64,000 nucleotides of DNA from a virus (taxonomy: Duplodnaviria; Caudoviricetes), in the IMG/VR virus record IMGVR_UViG_3300021387_000036, positions 1 through 64,000 of that record; one strand, 5' to 3'. Position 1 is the first letter of the stretch; each line of letters begins with the position of its first letter. Below the pieces are notes generated by a model. It was not told the DNA's origin. It saw nothing but the letters and a program-made list of their open reading frames with translations, and made no database searches. The position numbers and the translations under genes are program-made. Shown here one piece after another: positions 1-9,974 of the stretch.

Positions 1-57
1 AAACTCTTCAAAACATTGAAAGTAAAAGTTAATATAAATAAGAGGAGGATTTTATAA

Positions 58-1482
58 ATGAATGGATATCAATCTATTGCAACGATAAGCTCTCCGGAGT
101 TTATAAATCTTCAACCTCTTGATATAAACCCATTGATGTCTAAATGTGAAATTAAAGTTTTATATTTAGGTAATAATAGAAATGGTACCAGTATAAATAG
201 AGCAGCTGCGATAGAGATGGCTAAGACTCTTCGTGGCGCTCCGATTGTAGGTTATTATAAGACAGAAAAAAATGACTTCTTTGATCATGGTGAACAGATT
301 ATTTATGATGGCGATGGTGTTCATTTTAATACTTTAACAAAACCTTATGGTTTTGTTTCACCAGATGCAAATGTATGGTTTCAAGAGTTTGAAGAGACCC
401 TTGAAACTGGTGAAACTATTCAAAGAACTTATTTGATGACTACAGGATATTTATGGACTGGACAGTATCAAGAAGCTCAACAAGTTTTAAATGATGGCGG
501 GAAACCGCAATCTATGGAACTGGATAAAAATTCCATGACCGGTTTTTGGTCAAAAGAAGATAATTCAGAGATGGAATTTTTTATAATAAATGACGCGGTA
601 TTTTCAAAATTATGTATATTAGGCGACGATGTGGAACCATGCTTTGAAGGTTCAAGTATTACCGCACCTAATATAAGTAGTAATTTTTCATTAGATGATA
701 ACTTCAAACGAACTTTATATCAGATGATGAAAGAATTACAGTATGCTTTACAAGGAGGTAGTGAAACAGTGGGAGACGAACAAAAGAAAAAGTCTATTGA
801 TTCTTCTGTAGTTACTGAAATCGAAGAAGAATTAGACCAGACTCCAGCTGAACCTGAAACTCCAGATGCAACATCAGATACACCTTCAACTAATCCAGAT
901 TCTAATGAAGAAAGTGGAGAAACTTCAGAAACTGCTGAAGGACAAAGTGAAGAGTCTGGAGAAAATAGCGGAGAGGATTCAGGTGATGGTGGAGAAGGTT
1001 CTACCGATTATGAGAAAAAAGAAGAAAAGGAAGAAAAAGAGGAATCTTCTGATGATGGCGAAGAAGATGAACCTAAAGAAGAAGAAAAGAAAAAAGAAGA
1101 CGATAAGTATTCTTTATTATTAGTTCAATTTGAAGAACTTCAAGCTTCTTATAATACTCTCAAAGAAGAATCAGAGCAGACTAAAGCAGAGTTAGAAAAA
1201 TTTAAGAACTATGCTCTTGAAGAAGAAAATAAAAAGAAAGATGCTTTAATTCAAGAATTTTACATGCTTTCTGATGAAGATAAAAAGGATGTTATAGAAC
1301 ATAAAGCTGAATATAGTTTAAGTGAAATTAAATCTAAATTAGCAGTTTTATGCTATGATAAAAAAGTAAGTTATGCGAAAGCCGATGAGGATAGCCCAGA
1401 AGGAATAACAGTTGATGTTGTTGACTTCTCTGCAGTTCCTGAATGGTTACAAGCAGTTGATAACTATACAAAGAATAATTAA
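58..1482 (+). CDS. Prohead protease-scaffold fusion protein
   Basis: RBS GAGGAGG; first of three head genes. The N-terminal ~235 aa is globular with candidate catalytic His (FFDHG) and Ser (PQSMEL), followed by an acidic low-complexity linker and a coiled-coil C-terminus. Confidence 0.7.
   Translation: MNGYQSIATISSPEFINLQPLDINPLMSKCEIKVLYLGNNRNGTSINRAAAIEMAKTLRGAPIVGYYKTEKNDFFDHGEQIIYDGDGVHFNTLTKPYGFVSPDANVWFQEFEETLETGETIQRTYLMTTGYLWTGQYQEAQQVLNDGGKPQSMELDKNSMTGFWSKEDNSEMEFFIINDAVFSKLCILGDDVEPCFEGSSITAPNISSNFSLDDNFKRTLYQMMKELQYALQGGSETVGDEQKKKSIDSSVVTEIEEELDQTPAEPETPDATSDTPSTNPDSNEESGETSETAEGQSEESGENSGEDSGDGGEGSTDYEKKEEKEEKEESSDDGEEDEPKEEEKKKEDDKYSLLLVQFEELQASYNTLKEESEQTKAELEKFKNYALEEENKKKDALIQEFYMLSDEDKKDVIEHKAEYSLSEIKSKLAVLCYDKKVSYAKADEDSPEGITVDVVDFSAVPEWLQAVDNYTKNN
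769..1482 (+). CDS. Putative nested capsid scaffolding protein (internal in-frame GTG start)
   Basis: AGGAGGT at 753-759 lies 9 nt before an in-frame GTG at 769, exactly at the boundary between the globular domain and the acidic/coiled-coil part. Confidence 0.55.
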   Translation: MGDEQKKKSIDSSVVTEIEEELDQTPAEPETPDATSDTPSTNPDSNEESGETSETAEGQSEESGENSGEDSGDGGEGSTDYEKKEEKEEKEESSDDGEEDEPKEEEKKKEDDKYSLLLVQFEELQASYNTLKEESEQTKAELEKFKNYALEEENKKKDALIQEFYMLSDEDKKDVIEHKAEYSLSEIKSKLAVLCYDKKVSYAKADEDSPEGITVDVVDFSAVPEWLQAVDNYTKNN

Positions 1483-1496
1483 GGAGGAAACCGAAC

Positions 1497-2027
1497 ATGG
1501 CTACAATAAAAAGAAAAGGTTTTGGTCAGGTAGAGCCTAATCATCTTTCAGCTCAAAGAACTGGACAGATTTATGCTCAGCTTGTAGCGAATAAGAACCT
1601 TAATATTATTGAAAACGGAATGTTTTTAAAATATGACTATGAAAATAGAGAAGCTAATCTCACAGGAGATGGCGAATGGCTTTTAGTTTATAATGAAGAA
1701 AAACTTTATGACCCTCGTAAGCAGGCACATAAAGATTTTGCAATGATTAAGACAGATTATGTTGATGGAGAAATGGTTCCAAGATTATTTAAGACAAATG
1801 TTGGAGACATCTATACTACAAACTGTCTTGAAGCTAATACATCTGATACAGCAGAAACAACTGGTGTTACAGTAGCTGTTGGTGACAAACTTGCAGTTCA
1901 GTCTACTGGTTATCTTGGTGCAGCTGGTACAAACCCAACAGGCCCAGTGTTCAAAGTAGTAGCAATTACAACAATGCCTGATGCCAATACTGATTATCAG
2001 GCTGTTAAGTTACAGCGTATATCTTAA
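1497..2027 (+). CDS. Head decoration / capsid-associated structural protein
   Basis: Lies between scaffold and major capsid genes; strong RBS AAGGAGG; beta-rich; codon usage like the capsid gene. Confidence 0.6.
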   Translation: MATIKRKGFGQVEPNHLSAQRTGQIYAQLVANKNLNIIENGMFLKYDYENREANLTGDGEWLLVYNEEKLYDPRKQAHKDFAMIKTDYVDGEMVPRLFKTNVGDIYTTNCLEANTSDTAETTGVTVAVGDKLAVQSTGYLGAAGTNPTGPVFKVVAITTMPDANTDYQAVKLQRIS

Positions 2028-2045
2028 TAAAGGAGGATTAAAGTC

Positions 2046-3131
2046 ATGGCATTAAGTAAAGAAAATCTTATTACATTAGCTAAGACAGTTGCAAAGGCTA
2101 ATCCTTCTGCTGCTGTTGCTTATAGCTTTAATGATAAAAATTATGGTTACAAAGAATTAGACGATACTCTTCGTGCAGAACTTAGAGAAATCGCTGGAAC
2201 ATATGCTCTTTACAGAGAGAATAAGAACATTCTTTTTGAACTTATTGAACAGGTTATTGATGAGGTACTTCCTCAAAGAGTTATTGAACAGTACGGTTCA
2301 TTTGCAGACATTCGTACTTTTGAACAAGGTGAAAAGCCTATCTTTGCAGTAAAAGCTTCACAAGCTTCAAAGCAGAGAGCTAAAAAGTTCGTTACTAAAG
2401 TAGGTCTTGCAGGTGTTTACGAAGTATTTAAGCTTGATGGATATACATTAGAAGTTCCTACAGAGGCATGGGGCGGAGCTGCTCAAATTGGTTTCGAGGA
2501 ATATCTTGATGGTAGAATCGACATGGCTGACGTTGTTGAAATCATCAACGATGGTCTTAATGAATGTGTTTATAGAGAAATTGCTAAGGCTCTTAAGAGT
2601 GCAGTAGCTCAGATTGCAAACACAAACAAGAAGAGTGATAATACTTTCGTTCAGACAAAGATGGATCAGTTACTTCAGATTGCAGATGCTTATGGAAAAG
2701 CTACTATTTATTGTACTTTTGAGTTCGCTGCAACAATGGTGCCTGACCAGAACTGGATTTCAAATGAGCAAAAGAACACTATGTGGAACGTAGGTTATCT
2801 TGCTAACTATAAGGGACACAATGTAGTAATTCTTCCTAACTCATTTGAAGATACAGGTAACACTGTAAAGGTTATGGACCCATCTTATGCTTACATTATT
2901 CCAACTGGCGCAGATAAGCCAATCAAAGTTGCATTTGAAGGCGATGCCGCAGTTAGAGAGTGGGAGAACAAAGATTGGTCAAGAGAAATCCAGACTTATA
3001 AGAAGTTTGGTATCGGTCTTGTTGGTCTTAATGCAGGAATCTGTGTATATCAGAATACTTCTCTTACACAGGGAACACCTTCTGGTATAATCACTAAGAA
3101 AGCTGCTCCTGGACTTTCACCAGAATATTAA
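2046..3131 (+). CDS. Major capsid protein
   Basis: 361 aa, typical position, strong RBS, high-expression codon bias, followed by a terminator. Confidence 0.8.
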   Translation: MALSKENLITLAKTVAKANPSAAVAYSFNDKNYGYKELDDTLRAELREIAGTYALYRENKNILFELIEQVIDEVLPQRVIEQYGSFADIRTFEQGEKPIFAVKASQASKQRAKKFVTKVGLAGVYEVFKLDGYTLEVPTEAWGGAAQIGFEEYLDGRIDMADVVEIINDGLNECVYREIAKALKSAVAQIANTNKKSDNTFVQTKMDQLLQIADAYGKATIYCTFEFAATMVPDQNWISNEQKNTMWNVGYLANYKGHNVVILPNSFEDTGNTVKVMDPSYAYIIPTGADKPIKVAFEGDAAVREWENKDWSREIQTYKKFGIGLVGLNAGICVYQNTSLTQGTPSGIITKKAAPGLSPEY

Positions 3132-3146
3132 AATTAAATAAAACTC

Positions 3147-3177
3147 AATGGGAGATTACTAGATAGTAATCTCCCAT
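3147..3177 (+). terminator. Hairpin terminator after capsid gene
   Basis: AATGGGAGATTACT...AGTAATCTCCCATT inverted repeat. Confidence 0.7.
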
Positions 3178-3213
3178 TATATAAATTTATAGAGATAAAA
3201 GGAGAATAATACT

Positions 3214-3765
3214 ATGGATGCTAATGAAAAAATAAAAGTTCAAAATAGAGATTTTGGAACTGTTGGTTATACAATACCAGATTTAAATAATTTACATAGA
3301 GAATTTCAGCCAAATGAAGTAAAATACATTCCATTTGATGAATTATTTAAATTATATCAAGTTCCGGGCGGAGCTTATATTCTTGAGAACTATTTAATTA
3401 TAGATAATCAAGAAGTTATTGATGAAATAGTTGGTCAGGTTGAACCAGAGTATTTTTATACAGAAACAGAAATTATTGATTTGATGAAAAATGGTTCAAT
3501 AGATGAATTTGAAGATTGCTTAAATTTTGCTCCTAAAGGAGTTTTAGATTTAATTAAAGAATTATCGGTGCGGCTGCCGCTTAATGATGTAGCAAAGAGA
3601 GATTTAATTTTAAAGAAACTTGGTTTTAGTGTTGCAAGTGCTATTGAATTAGCTAAAACAGATGAAGAAGTTGTAGATGATGTAAAACCAACTAGAAAAG
3701 CTGCAGCTCCAAAGACACCTGAACGAGTTGTTAGAAAAGTCGTAAAAAAGACTGAAGAAAAATAA
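3214..3765 (+). CDS. Hypothetical virion-module protein
   Basis: RBS AAGGAG; basic C-terminal tail; follows the capsid gene. Confidence 0.6.
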   Translation: MDANEKIKVQNRDFGTVGYTIPDLNNLHREFQPNEVKYIPFDELFKLYQVPGGAYILENYLIIDNQEVIDEIVGQVEPEYFYTETEIIDLMKNGSIDEFEDCLNFAPKGVLDLIKELSVRLPLNDVAKRDLILKKLGFSVASAIELAKTDEEVVDDVKPTRKAAAPKTPERVVRKVVKKTEEK

Positions 3766-3787
3766 TTTTTAAGAGAGGAGTGACAAA

Positions 3788-4339
3788 ATGACACCATTTT
3801 CAAAAGTTTATAACTCATTCCTCAGAGAAATTACAGATGATATGTATATGGAGTTAACAAAACAAGATACTTTAAAAATGTTAAACGAATTACTAGAATC
3901 TGCAATTCCATGGTTTGAATTTCCAAGAAAACCATTAGATTTCACAAATGAGCATGAAGATCCTGATGATGAAGAAGATGGATATTTCATTAGTGATTTA
4001 ACAGATGAAGAGATTAAAATTATTGCTATGTATATGGTTGTTGAATGGGTCGGTCAACAATTAGCAAATATTGATGTAGTTCGTATGAAATATAGTGGAC
4101 CAGATTTTAAATTATCTTCACAAGCAATGCATCTTGGAAAACTTCAAAGCTTACAAAAAGAGTATGAAAGAAAAGGTTTCCATTTACAGAGACTTTATAA
4201 AAGAAGAAAGAAAGATTCTAATGGAGTGTATAGATCAACTATGCATACCCTTATGGAAACTCCTGTTTATCCTTTTAGTAGAGGAAATGAAGACCCTTCG
4301 ATAGAAACTGAAACGGAGGGGTATTGGTATGGAAACTAA
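3788..4339 (+). CDS. Putative head-tail adaptor
   Basis: RBS GAGGAG; helical ~180 aa protein in the neck position. Confidence 0.5.
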   Translation: MTPFSKVYNSFLREITDDMYMELTKQDTLKMLNELLESAIPWFEFPRKPLDFTNEHEDPDDEEDGYFISDLTDEEIKIIAMYMVVEWVGQQLANIDVVRMKYSGPDFKLSSQAMHLGKLQSLQKEYERKGFHLQRLYKRRKKDSNGVYRSTMHTLMETPVYPFSRGNEDPSIETETEGYWYGN

Positions 4340-4649
4340 ATACAATATTGAAGTGAACTCAACAGTTTTAAGTAAAAATTTAAAACGTATTATAAATTTA
4401 GTTTATAAACTTCTTCCTATGCGGGAAGAGGGGTTAGATTGGACTAAACCATTAGAAACTATAATTGAAGAATTAGTTGGAATGAACAGGCTGCTTATCG
4501 ACTTGCAGCCTGAACTTTTTCCTATTATATGTAAATTAGAAGGATTATTTAGTTTAACTAGAGATGAAGATATGTTACTTTATAGAAGAATAATATTTGA
4601 ATCTTTATCGTTACTAAATAAAATAAATATATATGCAAGCATTAGATAA
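4329..4649 (+). CDS. Hypothetical protein (neck region)
   Basis: RBS GGAGG; overlaps both neighbours. Confidence 0.6.
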   Translation: METKYNIEVNSTVLSKNLKRIINLVYKLLPMREEGLDWTKPLETIIEELVGMNRLLIDLQPELFPIICKLEGLFSLTRDEDMLLYRRIIFESLSLLNKINIYASIR

Positions 4650-5619
4650 TATGAGAAAAAGACTTCGTTATAATGGCGGAAGTTTTCAGCAAAGTCGAAT
4701 GATAGAAGATAAATTAAGAAGTTTAAAAAAGGCTTTATTGTATTCTTATCAGGCTGGAACTATGGCTATTGAAGTTGATAATAATATATTAGAATTTAGA
4801 TGTTTAATGAATCCAGATAAATTAACCTTTGATGCAGATAGAAAAATGCTATCTGTTCCTTTCAAAGATGTTTGTTTAAATATACCAAGAGTTGGGACGA
4901 CAACAGAAGGATTAGTTGATATTCCAATTTCATGCGGAGACACTTTTATCTGGAAAGAAACCAATACCCGCTGGCTAGTAACTTTAAGATATTTAGAGGA
5001 GTTAGCGTATTTCAGAGCGGATGTTAGAAAATGTTTTCCTTATCCAGTTGAGATAGATGGAACAAAATATTGGTTTTCTTCTGTTGGAGAAAATCAACAA
5101 ACTATTGAATGGTTAAAACATAATAAAGAAGAATGGAATAAATTAAATTATACCAGAACTCTTTATATAAAAAGAGATAATAATACATTAAATTATTTTA
5201 AAAGATTTAACATAATTAAGCTTCCAAATATATTAGGTGAGTTAGAAACGTGGGAAGTTCAAGCTGTAAATCCTAATTCAACAGATGATGTTTTAATTTT
5301 TCATGTTAAAGAATATTTTGAGAATCCTTATGAAGAAATTAGTAAAGAGGAGCAAGAAAAAAATCAAGAGGAACATGAATTAAATGAAGATTTAGTAATA
5401 TATGCTTATGATAATTTTGCTTGGAAAACTCCTTATGTGGCGGGCGCCGCATGGGAAATTCGTAACAATACTCCAGGCTTAGATTTTGCTATTGATGCTA
5501 CTTATCAAAATTCTGAAAGCGTTGTTATTGTTCAATTAAAAACAGGAAAAATAGGAGAATTTGATTTATATTATAATAATCATCTAATGACACATGTTGT
5601 TGTGAAGCCAGTTATATAG
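4633..5619 (+). CDS. Putative head closure / neck protein
   Basis: Position and beta-rich composition; function inferred from synteny. Confidence 0.45.
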   Translation: MQALDNMRKRLRYNGGSFQQSRMIEDKLRSLKKALLYSYQAGTMAIEVDNNILEFRCLMNPDKLTFDADRKMLSVPFKDVCLNIPRVGTTTEGLVDIPISCGDTFIWKETNTRWLVTLRYLEELAYFRADVRKCFPYPVEIDGTKYWFSSVGENQQTIEWLKHNKEEWNKLNYTRTLYIKRDNNTLNYFKRFNIIKLPNILGELETWEVQAVNPNSTDDVLIFHVKEYFENPYEEISKEEQEKNQEEHELNEDLVIYAYDNFAWKTPYVAGAAWEIRNNTPGLDFAIDATYQNSESVVIVQLKTGKIGEFDLYYNNHLMTHVVVKPVI

Positions 5620-5639
5620 GAAATAAAAGGAGAGGAAAA

Positions 5640-6221
5640 ATGAGAAGAGATGTCGTATTACCGCCATTACAATCTTCTTTTTTGTCATGTGATAAAGATA
5701 TTGAATTAATTTTAAATAAACTTTTTAGTGAAAGTCCTTACAGTAGACTCTTAAAAAGATTATTAATTATTAATACTCCAGATTGTTTAAATCAGAATAT
5801 TATAAAATATGATGATATTGTAAAAACTTTTACAGTTAAAGATTTATTTGATAAAAGTTATATAAGATTAACTCCAAGATTAGAGTTTGATGAACATAAT
5901 GATGTTCAATCTTATATCCTTATTTCTTTTGATAATTTTGTAACAAATTCTGCAAATGAGCAATTTAGAGATAATATGGTTACGTTTGATATTGTTTGTA
6001 ATACGAAGCAGTGGAATCTTGAAGGTTTCAAAATAAGACCTTTAATGATAGCAGGATATATAGACGGTATTTTAAATATGACAAAATTGTCAGGTATTGG
6101 TGAGTTTGTATTTTTAGGGGCGCAGGAACTAATTTTAGATGCTAATTTAGCGGGATACTCTTTATCTTATGAAGCTGTTCATTTTTCAGAAGATAAAGAA
6201 AAAATGGAAGATTTAATCTAG
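5640..6221 (+). CDS. Putative tail terminator / completion protein
   Basis: Upstream of the major tail gene; alpha/beta pattern (ILISF, VTFDIVC, YSLSY). Confidence 0.45.
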   Translation: MRRDVVLPPLQSSFLSCDKDIELILNKLFSESPYSRLLKRLLIINTPDCLNQNIIKYDDIVKTFTVKDLFDKSYIRLTPRLEFDEHNDVQSYILISFDNFVTNSANEQFRDNMVTFDIVCNTKQWNLEGFKIRPLMIAGYIDGILNMTKLSGIGEFVFLGAQELILDANLAGYSLSYEAVHFSEDKEKMEDLI

Positions 6222-6222
6222 T

Positions 6223-7014
6223 ATGGTTAAAAGAGAGCCTGTTGTTCCGCGCTTAATGTTAGATACTAAAATAGCAATTCCTTTTCCTTCTGCTCAAATT
6301 TCTATTTATCAACCAAGTATATTAGAGATTGCTTTTATTGGAGAGGCTTCTTTAATAATTGGTTGTAATGCTCTTATAAAAGATTATAAGAGTTTTCAGG
6401 ACAATTCTGATTTATCACAGTTTTCTAATTTTCAAATTTTAATGAGAATGATAAATGATAAATCTGTAAATGCTAAAAAAGTTTCAGATGCAATTAGAGA
6501 TGTATTTTTTTTAATATTTCCAAATTGCAAAGTAACTTTTACTCCAATGTCTATTATTATTCAAGACGAAGAAAAACAAACTCACATCATAGATGATAAC
6601 AATTTTGAAAGTTTTTTAGATATTATTTATGATATATTTTGTTTAGCTGAATTGACTCAAAATAACACAACAGAAGACTATAATCCGCTAGGAGACCGCG
6701 CCAGAGCGATTGTAGAAAAGTTCAAAAAGAAACATGAGTTTTTAGCGCAGCAAAGAAAAGAAAATGGAGAATATCCAGAGTTAATGTCAATCTTTGGAAG
6801 ATATATAGACATCTTAGCTGTTGGAGAGCATAAAGATAAGAATATTTTAAAACAATATTCAGTTTATCAACTTGTGGAAGAATTTACTCGTTTCATTTGG
6901 AAACAAGGATATGATACCACTTTTGAAGCCCGGTTAGCCGGAGCAACTAAATTAAAAGATCCAAAAGACTGGACTAGTGAGTTTAGTCTTGGTAATAATC
7001 ATGATGATGATTAA
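6223..7014 (+). CDS. Hypothetical tail-module protein (possible assembly chaperone)
   Basis: Co-oriented, 1-nt gap to the previous gene, helical. Confidence 0.45.
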   Translation: MVKREPVVPRLMLDTKIAIPFPSAQISIYQPSILEIAFIGEASLIIGCNALIKDYKSFQDNSDLSQFSNFQILMRMINDKSVNAKKVSDAIRDVFFLIFPNCKVTFTPMSIIIQDEEKQTHIIDDNNFESFLDIIYDIFCLAELTQNNTTEDYNPLGDRARAIVEKFKKKHEFLAQQRKENGEYPELMSIFGRYIDILAVGEHKDKNILKQYSVYQLVEEFTRFIWKQGYDTTFEARLAGATKLKDPKDWTSEFSLGNNHDDD

Positions 7015-7037
7015 AAAAATTAAGGAGGAAAACAACT

Positions 7038-8153
7038 ATGAAGTTTGGTATTCGTGAATGTGCGAATGTAGTATTTCGTGCAAAACAGCCTATGACAATA
7101 GGTAAATATAAATTTAAAGTTGGTCAGCCAGTACTTTATATTGATACAGCTACTACTTCATCTGTTGAGCAAGCTACAACTACTGTTTATGCTCAAGGTG
7201 GTAGAGGAAATGTTCGTTTAGTAACATGGGAAGGTGAAAAAACTTTAACATTTACTGTTGAAGATGCTTTACTTTCTCCTCGTTCTCTTTCAATGCTTTC
7301 TGGTGCTGATTTATTCCAGGGTTCTGCAAATGTATCAAAAGTACATTTCCATACAAATAGTAATGCAACTTTACAGATTTTTGATACTGGAGATAGCCAG
7401 TATGGTATAATTGATTTATCAGCAGGACTTGGTTCTACTGAGAGTATTTGTGGTTCATATGATGCACCTATCTATGTAATTTTTACAGATAATTCAGGTG
7501 ATATTACAGGTGAAAATGTAGAAGGTACTGTTGCAGTTGGTACATATGTACCTAGCTCAACTCCAGGCGAAGCTGGTACATTTACTCCTGCTACTTCATC
7601 AAGTGTTAATCAAGCTATTAAGATTACAAAACCAGCAGCAGTTGGTATTGAGACATGGGCTAGCGCTGCTAGAACATTTACAGCTGGAGAACAGGTTGCT
7701 GTATTCGTAGATTATTATCTTGATAAAGAAGCTGCAAAAGTTGATGAGCTTCAAATTGCTGCTGATAACTTTGCTGGAAACTTCTATGTAGAAGCTGATA
7801 CATTATTCAGACGTAAGAGTGATGGTAAAGATTTACCTGCTAACTTAACATTCCCTAATGTTAAGATTCAGTCTAACTTTACATTCTCACTTTCTGGAAC
7901 TGGAGACCCTTCAACATTTACATTTACAATGGATGCTCTTCCAGGTTATACTTATTTTGATAAGTCAAGAGAAGTTCTTTGTGTAATTCAGGTTGTTGAA
8001 GATCAGAATAGTGCTACTAAGAAGATTCAACCAGTTATGCCACATAACAAGAATTTAGAGCATAATGATACAGAAATTGATGATGCTCGTTATATTGGTT
8101 ATGGTATTGGAGATAATGATACAAAGGGAAATCCAAGTCAGGCAGAAGGTTAA
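7038..8153 (+). CDS. Major tail (tube) protein
   Basis: Strong RBS, high-expression codons, tube-like motifs (AQGGRGN, LTFTVEDAL, GDPSTFTFTMD), followed by a terminator. Confidence 0.75.
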   Translation: MKFGIRECANVVFRAKQPMTIGKYKFKVGQPVLYIDTATTSSVEQATTTVYAQGGRGNVRLVTWEGEKTLTFTVEDALLSPRSLSMLSGADLFQGSANVSKVHFHTNSNATLQIFDTGDSQYGIIDLSAGLGSTESICGSYDAPIYVIFTDNSGDITGENVEGTVAVGTYVPSSTPGEAGTFTPATSSSVNQAIKITKPAAVGIETWASAARTFTAGEQVAVFVDYYLDKEAAKVDELQIAADNFAGNFYVEADTLFRRKSDGKDLPANLTFPNVKIQSNFTFSLSGTGDPSTFTFTMDALPGYTYFDKSREVLCVIQVVEDQNSATKKIQPVMPHNKNLEHNDTEIDDARYIGYGIGDNDTKGNPSQAEG

Positions 8154-8167
8154 TTAATTGATTTTTT

Positions 8168-8213
8168 ATGGCGGTGGGTGCGTCCTCGTGACGTATCTTC
8201 CGCCATTTTTTTT
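8168..8213 (+). terminator. Intrinsic terminator with long G-U-containing stem
   Basis: ATGGCGGTGGGTGCGTC-CTCGT-GACGTATCTTCCGCCAT followed by a T-run. Confidence 0.75.
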
Positions 8214-8239
8214 ATATCTAAATAAAGGGATGGTGAAAT

Positions 8240-9910
8240 ATGAATAACAATAATAATTGGTATAAACATAGTGCTGTATGGACTGGATCTATGAAAGACC
8301 CAGGCGCCGGACAATACTATATTCATGCTCATTTGAATAAAATTGGAGCTATGAATAATGGAGGCACATCTCAGTTTAATCAATTAGAATCTTTATTTGC
8401 CAAATCAAGAAATAATGCTATTAAAGCTTCAAAAAAACATTATACTAATTTATTAATAAATTCAATGTCTCCAGAATCTCAAAATCTTTTAAATAGTTTA
8501 AGTCAAAATAATCAAGAACAACTTATTACTAATATGAATAATGCTTTAACAGAAGTAATGAAAAACAACCTACCAAAAACTGTTATAGATAATTTAATAG
8601 AAGCTCAAAAAGATGCTTTAGATTTAAATGAAGAAATGAAAAAAATAATTAATGAATCTAAATTTCAAAGACAATTAATATTAGTAGACAAAATATTGTC
8701 AATTATTCAAACTGCCTGTGAAAGTTTAGAAAACGATGGTGAGAATGGATACAAAGTGGCTTTAATAGGATTTTTAACATCTATGCGAGATCCAAATAAT
8801 AATTTTAAATCTCGTCGTGAAATTGGTAATAAAATGACTGAAGATTTAAATAAATTAAGTAGTCAAATTATTGAAATAAGTAATAGACCAGGAGCAAATG
8901 TTGTTTCACAAGCTGAAGTAACTCAAGTAGTTTCTACTCTTAATAGTCTTGCTAAAAGTTTAGAAACTGGAAAAACAAATAAAAATGAGCCAATTACTGA
9001 ACAAAGTTTGATAAGAACTTTAACTAATTACATAATACCGGTAGGTTTTGGAGAAGCTACTGGTTTAGCAATACATAATATAAAGACAGACACTTTAAAT
9101 TTTGAAATTTCAAAAATTCTTAAAGATTTAGAATCTTCTGGTCAACGACGTACTAAAATTGCTTTTACAAATAGTAGAGGTAATTATGTTACAAAAGATC
9201 AAGAACAAGTCTTTCTAGGACAAAAAAGCGCAGGTAAAGCTGATATAAAATTAAAAAATACTAAATTAAGCTTTATATACAATGGAAAACAACAAACTTT
9301 AACTTTTGATTTAGGAATTAGTAATAAATTATATACTAATGCTACGATAAATGGAGAGTTTTCTTCAGATGCAAAAATTAGTAGTGGACAAGGACTAACT
9401 CTTGGTAGAGCAATAGATACTACCTTTTCGACTTTAAATCTAAGATATTTAGCTTATAACACTTTTGCTTTTCAAAATTATTCTAGTATAAAACCTGCTT
9501 TGGGAGCATTACAAGATGTAATTTTTCAAAGAAATATAGTAAATTTATTTGGAGCAAGAGGAATTGATGATTTTGCAGCAATTCTATTAATAAATGGAAA
9601 ACCAGTAGCATTATGGGACATCATTCAACAAGCGGCAGAAGGAAAATTAGGTAAAACTATGTCTCAAATGACTAGTGAACAACAATCAGATCAACTATTA
9701 GTTTTCAAAATGAGTTCAGAACGTAAAGATATTTCAATAAAAAAACCAGGAAAAGATTTTTATACAGACAAAAAAGAGTTGGGTCAAGCAGAAAACCGTA
9801 GACGTTTAATTGAAGTTGTTGGGGAACGTGCTAGAAGAATTAGCGATGCCATACAACAAACAAAGATAAGTGCTAGCTTAAATCCTTCTAAATTAAAAAA
9901 TTTAATTTAA
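8240..9910 (+). CDS. Hypothetical 556-aa protein, possible PD-(D/E)XK-fold domain
   Basis: Helical N-half; GFGE...GKADI...LGISNKLY spacing resembles a PD-(D/E)XK core. Confidence 0.45.
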   Translation: MNNNNNWYKHSAVWTGSMKDPGAGQYYIHAHLNKIGAMNNGGTSQFNQLESLFAKSRNNAIKASKKHYTNLLINSMSPESQNLLNSLSQNNQEQLITNMNNALTEVMKNNLPKTVIDNLIEAQKDALDLNEEMKKIINESKFQRQLILVDKILSIIQTACESLENDGENGYKVALIGFLTSMRDPNNNFKSRREIGNKMTEDLNKLSSQIIEISNRPGANVVSQAEVTQVVSTLNSLAKSLETGKTNKNEPITEQSLIRTLTNYIIPVGFGEATGLAIHNIKTDTLNFEISKILKDLESSGQRRTKIAFTNSRGNYVTKDQEQVFLGQKSAGKADIKLKNTKLSFIYNGKQQTLTFDLGISNKLYTNATINGEFSSDAKISSGQGLTLGRAIDTTFSTLNLRYLAYNTFAFQNYSSIKPALGALQDVIFQRNIVNLFGARGIDDFAAILLINGKPVALWDIIQQAAEGKLGKTMSQMTSEQQSDQLLVFKMSSERKDISIKKPGKDFYTDKKELGQAENRRRLIEVVGERARRISDAIQQTKISASLNPSKLKNLI

Positions 9911-9913
9911 AAC

Positions 9914-9942
9914 TTGACTTTTTAGAAAAATTTTAGTATAAT
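9914..9942 (+). promoter_or_regulatory. SigA-like promoter inside the structural module
   Basis: TTGACT-17 nt (TTTTAGAAAAATTTTAG)-TATAAT. Confidence 0.75.
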
Positions 9943-9974
9943 ATAATAAATAAGAAATAAAAGGAGAAAATAGT

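Noticed and set aside
820-1110. GAA-rich tandem repeat
   Set aside because: It is low-complexity coding sequence for the acidic scaffold linker, not a discrete repeat.
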